Shown piece by piece: positions 61,004 through 64,000 of a DNA stretch of 64,000 nt. Under the pieces are notes generated by a model. It was not told where the DNA came from, ran no database searches, and saw only the letters and a list, made by a program, of their open reading frames with translations. The position numbers and the translations under genes are program-made. This DNA comes from Candidatus Zixiibacteriota bacterium. Lineage in GTDB: Bacteria; Zixibacteria; MSB-5A5; GN15; FEB-12. The first letter of the stretch is position 1. Each line of letters starts with the position of its first letter. Where the stretch lies: assembly GCA_040753875.1 (NCBI GenBank), contig JBFMDV010000027.1:1-64000 (forward strand), given 5' to 3'.

Positions 61004-61606
61004 CTACTTCACCGTGTTCCGAAGTTCGGCCGGAATATCCTCGAGCCGGGCATTCTGGCTCCGCTGCAGTGCCCGCAGGTATGCCACAATCGCCCAGCGA
61101 TCCGACACCGGGATCTGGTATCGGTACGCCGGCATGTTACGGATGCCGTTAGAGATGACGTCGAAATAGTGCCCGTCTGCCATTTTGACGATCCGCTCTT
61201 CGTGGAAACTGGGGGGCGGAGGCAGGCCCCGTTCGACGGTCATGCCGCGACCGTCACCAATGCGGCTGTGACACGGCGCACAGAAGATATTGAATCGTTC
61301 CTGTCCCCGGCTAAGCAACTGCGCCGTGATCGGCACCGGCAGCTTTTCGACCGGGGTGGTGTCTATCTTACCGGTGTAATAGACCTGGTCCTCGTGGAGC
61401 CACCCGCGCGGGATCGTCCCGGCCGGTGGTGTACGCATGGTGGCGCCATCGGGAAAGTACTCGCTCCTGGCCTGCGAATTGTACCGCTCCTGGTCATCCA
61501 TGTTCGGATTGATATGAATGGGGGGCTTTCCCGAGGGCTCACCGCGGAAACAGCCCGTCAGAAAGATCGCGGCTGCAGCCAGGATTGTGAAGATCAGAAG
61601 CTTCAT
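61004..61606 (-). CDS. actE: alternative complex III monoheme cytochrome c subunit ActE
   Basis: Lipobox LTGC. Single CAPCH heme-binding motif. 200 aa. Confidence 0.75.
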   Translation of the reverse strand: MKLLIFTILAAAAIFLTGCFRGEPSGKPPIHINPNMDDQERYNSQARSEYFPDGATMRTPPAGTIPRGWLHEDQVYYTGKIDTTPVEKLPVPITAQLLSRGQERFNIFCAPCHSRIGDGRGMTVERGLPPPPSFHEERIVKMADGHYFDVISNGIRNMPAYRYQIPVSDRWAIVAYLRALQRSQNARLEDIPAELRNTVK

Positions 61607-62148
61607 GCTCCTTTCAGGACCTCCACATGCGAACCGCCGATCGCTTCCAGAAACGCCTTTGTTTTTTCCGCATTGAACTTTTTGTCGTCCGCTTCGATGC
61701 TGACAAAGAATCCATCATCCGTTACTTTGGTGAACCGTTCGGAGTAAAAAACTCCGTGAAACCACTGCGGGAGCCGATTCAACATCAGCATCGCCAGAAC
61801 CGAGCCGAGCGCGGCAAACAACACCGTTAAACCGAATGTCACCGGTACGAACGCCTGGTAGCTGTTGAACGGCTTGCCGGCGATCACCAGCGGATAATCC
61901 ACCGAGCTTGTCCACCACTGCAGGAGATAGCCGCCGGTACCGCCGATCGCACCGCAGATACCGGCGATGTATCCGACCGGCGAACGTTTGACACCCATGG
62001 CGGTATCCATGCCGTGAATCGGGAACGGCGAATGGCAGTCGAATCGCCTATAGCCAGCCTCGTGCACTTTGCGAGCCGCTGCCAGCAGTTCGTTTGGGCC
62101 GTCGAACTCCGCCAGGACGCCATATACCTTCTCGCCCGACGTACTCAT
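61603..62148 (-). CDS. actD: alternative complex III subunit ActD (DUF3341)
   Basis: 181 aa with a C-terminal transmembrane helix pair. Lies between ActC and ActE. 4-nt overlaps on both sides. Confidence 0.7.
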   Translation of the reverse strand: MSTSGEKVYGVLAEFDGPNELLAAARKVHEAGYRRFDCHSPFPIHGMDTAMGVKRSPVGYIAGICGAIGGTGGYLLQWWTSSVDYPLVIAGKPFNSYQAFVPVTFGLTVLFAALGSVLAMLMLNRLPQWFHGVFYSERFTKVTDDGFFVSIEADDKKFNAEKTKAFLEAIGGSHVEVLKGA

Positions 62149-63557
62149 CGATGTGCTCCAGTGGTTTCCTGTGGGTGGGCGTGAAGATCGTGGTGGACTT
62201 CCGCCTGAGGCAGCACCGTCTTCACTTCAGACATGGCAATGATCGGCACAAACCTCACAAACAAGAGAAACAACGTGAAGAACAGTCCGAATGACCCGAT
62301 CAGGGTCAGGTAGTCCCATAACGTGGGCGTGTACATCCCCCAACTGGCCGGCAGGAAATCGCGCGTGAGCGTTATCACAATGACGAACCGTTCAAACCAC
62401 ATGCCGACGTTGATCAACAGAGAAGCCACGAACATGACCGCGATATGAGTCCGCCATTTCTTGAACCAGAATATCTGCGGCACCACCACGTTGCAGAACA
62501 CCATTATCCAGTAGGACCACCAGTACGGTCCGAAGGCGCGGTTGATGAACGCAAACTTCTCGTAGAGATTACCGGAATACCACGCAATGAAGAACTCACA
62601 CGAATAGGCATACCCCACCATCATGCCGGTCACCAGCATGATCTTGTTCATCTTTTCCAGGTGGTTGACCGTGATGATATCTTCAAGACCGAATGCCTTT
62701 CGTACGATAATCCCCAGCGTCAGCACCATAGCGAAACCGGAGAAAATCGCACCGGCCACAAAATACGGCGGGAAGATGGTGGTGTGCCAGCCGGGGATGA
62801 TGCTCACCGCAAAGTCCGTGCTCACCACCGAGTGGACCGAAAGCACCAGCGGTGTCGACACACCGGCCAGAATGAGATAGGCCAGTTCGTAATGCCGCCA
62901 TTGCCGATGCCCTCCCCGCCATCCGAGCGAGAAGATTCCGAATACGATTTTGCGAATGCGGGTCTTGGCGCGATCCCGAAGAGTACCCAGGTCTGGAATC
63001 AACCCAACATACCAGAAGAGGGCCGAACAAGTGAAGTAGATGCTGACAGCAAACACGTCCCACAACAACGGGCTGCGGAAATTGGGCCACATCCCCATCT
63101 GGTTCGGGATCGGAAACACGTAGTACAGCAGCCACACACGACCGACGTGGATCGAAGGAAACACGAGGGCGCAGATGACGGCGAAGATCGTCATCGCTTC
63201 GGCGAAACGGTTGATCGAGGTACGCCACCGCTGACGAAATAGAAAGAGAATGGCCGAGATGAGGGTCCCGGCATGTCCGATGCCAACCCAGAAAACGAAA
63301 TTGACGATTGCCAGACCCCATCCCGCTGGAATGTTCACACCCCAGATACCGATCCCCTCGAACACCAACCACCCAATGGAACCGAGGAGTACCAGAAGCA
63401 TCGAGCCGGCGAGACCCAGAAGGAGGAGCCAGGTCATGGTCGTCTTCCGTTCGGCAATCCCGCTCACCTTGGCGGTGATGGTGGCGAACGTCTGATCTCC
63501 TGTGATCAACGGCGGTTCGAGCGGCGCCATCTGGTTCGTTTCTGTTGGCTGACTCAC
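62145..63557 (-). CDS. actC: alternative complex III quinol-oxidising membrane subunit ActC (NrfD/PsrC family)
   Basis: 470 aa with about 10 transmembrane helices. NrfD-like conserved segments. Confidence 0.8.
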   Translation of the reverse strand: MSQPTETNQMAPLEPPLITGDQTFATITAKVSGIAERKTTMTWLLLLGLAGSMLLVLLGSIGWLVFEGIGIWGVNIPAGWGLAIVNFVFWVGIGHAGTLISAILFLFRQRWRTSINRFAEAMTIFAVICALVFPSIHVGRVWLLYYVFPIPNQMGMWPNFRSPLLWDVFAVSIYFTCSALFWYVGLIPDLGTLRDRAKTRIRKIVFGIFSLGWRGGHRQWRHYELAYLILAGVSTPLVLSVHSVVSTDFAVSIIPGWHTTIFPPYFVAGAIFSGFAMVLTLGIIVRKAFGLEDIITVNHLEKMNKIMLVTGMMVGYAYSCEFFIAWYSGNLYEKFAFINRAFGPYWWSYWIMVFCNVVVPQIFWFKKWRTHIAVMFVASLLINVGMWFERFVIVITLTRDFLPASWGMYTPTLWDYLTLIGSFGLFFTLFLLFVRFVPIIAMSEVKTVLPQAEVHHDLHAHPQETTGAHR

Positions 63558-63589
63558 AATACCTGTCTCTTATTTCACATTGGCTCGGC

Positions 63590-64000
63590 TCAACCGGCAG
63601 CCGTCTTTCCCAGTTCCGGATTTGGGTTGCGCAATTTCGCCAGGTAGGTCGTCCGCGGACTCGTGAAGTATTCTTCCAGCACCCCGTAGTTGCGGTTTGC
63701 TTTCTTGATCTGCGAGACGCGACTATTCGGATCGTTGACATTCCCGAAAACGATAGCCTGTGTTGGACAAGCCTGCTGACACGCTGTTACGATCTCTCCG
63801 TCCGCGATCTCTTTTCCGTCCCGCTTGGCCAGGATCTTCGCGCCCGCGATCCGCTGGATACAATACGTGCATTTTTCCATGACACCCCGGAACCGCACCG
63901 TCACATCCGGATTCTGCTGCATCCGCTGGGTCTCCGGGAGATCCTTGGTGTAATTGTAGAAATTGAATCGCCGGACTTTGTAAGGGCAGTTGTTGGAGCA
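63590..64000 (-). CDS. actB: alternative complex III iron-sulfur subunit ActB, C-terminal part only (gene continues beyond the window edge)
   Basis: 4Fe-4S ferredoxin motifs CTYCIQRI and [10 protein letters not shown]. Precedes ActC. Confidence 0.7.
   Translation of the reverse strand, partial: CSNNCPYKVRRFNFYNYTKDLPETQRMQQNPDVTVRFRGVMEKCTYCIQRIAGAKILAKRDGKEIADGEIVTACQQACPTQAIVFGNVNDPNSRVSQIKKANRNYGVLEEYFTSPRTTYLAKLRNPNPELGKTAAG

Noticed and set aside
62683-63741. 352-aa minus-strand ORF
   Set aside because: It is in an alternative frame overlapping actC (62145..63557), which has strong NrfD-family support. The product is Arg/Pro-rich GC-frame noise.

Overview
This 64 kb window looks like chromosome from an uncultivated, roughly 60% GC bacterium. 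It is gene-dense, mostly housekeeping and respiratory genes, with one accessory island at the left edge. No rRNA, tRNA or CRISPR array was recognised.

Gene content points tentatively to the FCB group or a related candidate phylum: an alternative complex III plus caa3 oxidase cluster, a DUF5686 outer-membrane protein, a MORN lipoprotein and a dockerin-tagged protease.

From start to end:
1. An AT-richer polymorphic-toxin locus (1..3900). It holds two tandem 5'-truncated toxin C-terminal cassettes that share a PTPFGK junction motif, each followed by a small ORF, and a convergent Rhs core fragment carrying an unrecognised 265-aa C-terminal toxin.
2. The conserved def-fmt-rng block with yajC.
3. 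mfd, followed by a two-gene module of unknown function.
4. A flavin reductase-like gene with a PflX-type radical SAM gene, an APC permease and a SAM methyltransferase.
5. An ECF sigma, zinc-finger anti-sigma, TPR-CHAT protein, dockerin-tagged S8 protease and tandem-repeat lipoprotein module (20899..27575).
6. An overlapping pair encoding an SPFH/Band-7-like protein with three C-terminal zinc ribbons and a zinc-ribbon protein.
7. cysK-cysE, a MORN lipoprotein, a DUF899 protein and a 1097-aa beta-propeller-amidohydrolase.
8. A complete Phe/Tyr to acetoacetyl-CoA catabolic cluster: long-form PAH, hppD, hmgA, an aminotransferase, FAH, a flavin reductase-like gene and acetoacetate-CoA ligase.
9. 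A chemoreceptor with a C-terminal CZB domain, then a DUF5686 outer-membrane protein.
10. A respiratory supercluster: a CtaA-SCO fusion, caa3 oxidase subunits IV-III-I-II, SCO, and alternative complex III ActF-E-D-C with a partial ActB.

A family of GC-rich palindromic hairpin repeats recurs in at least four intergenic regions. The most novel material is the polymorphic-toxin locus, the ECF-CHAT-protease module and the hairpin repeat family.
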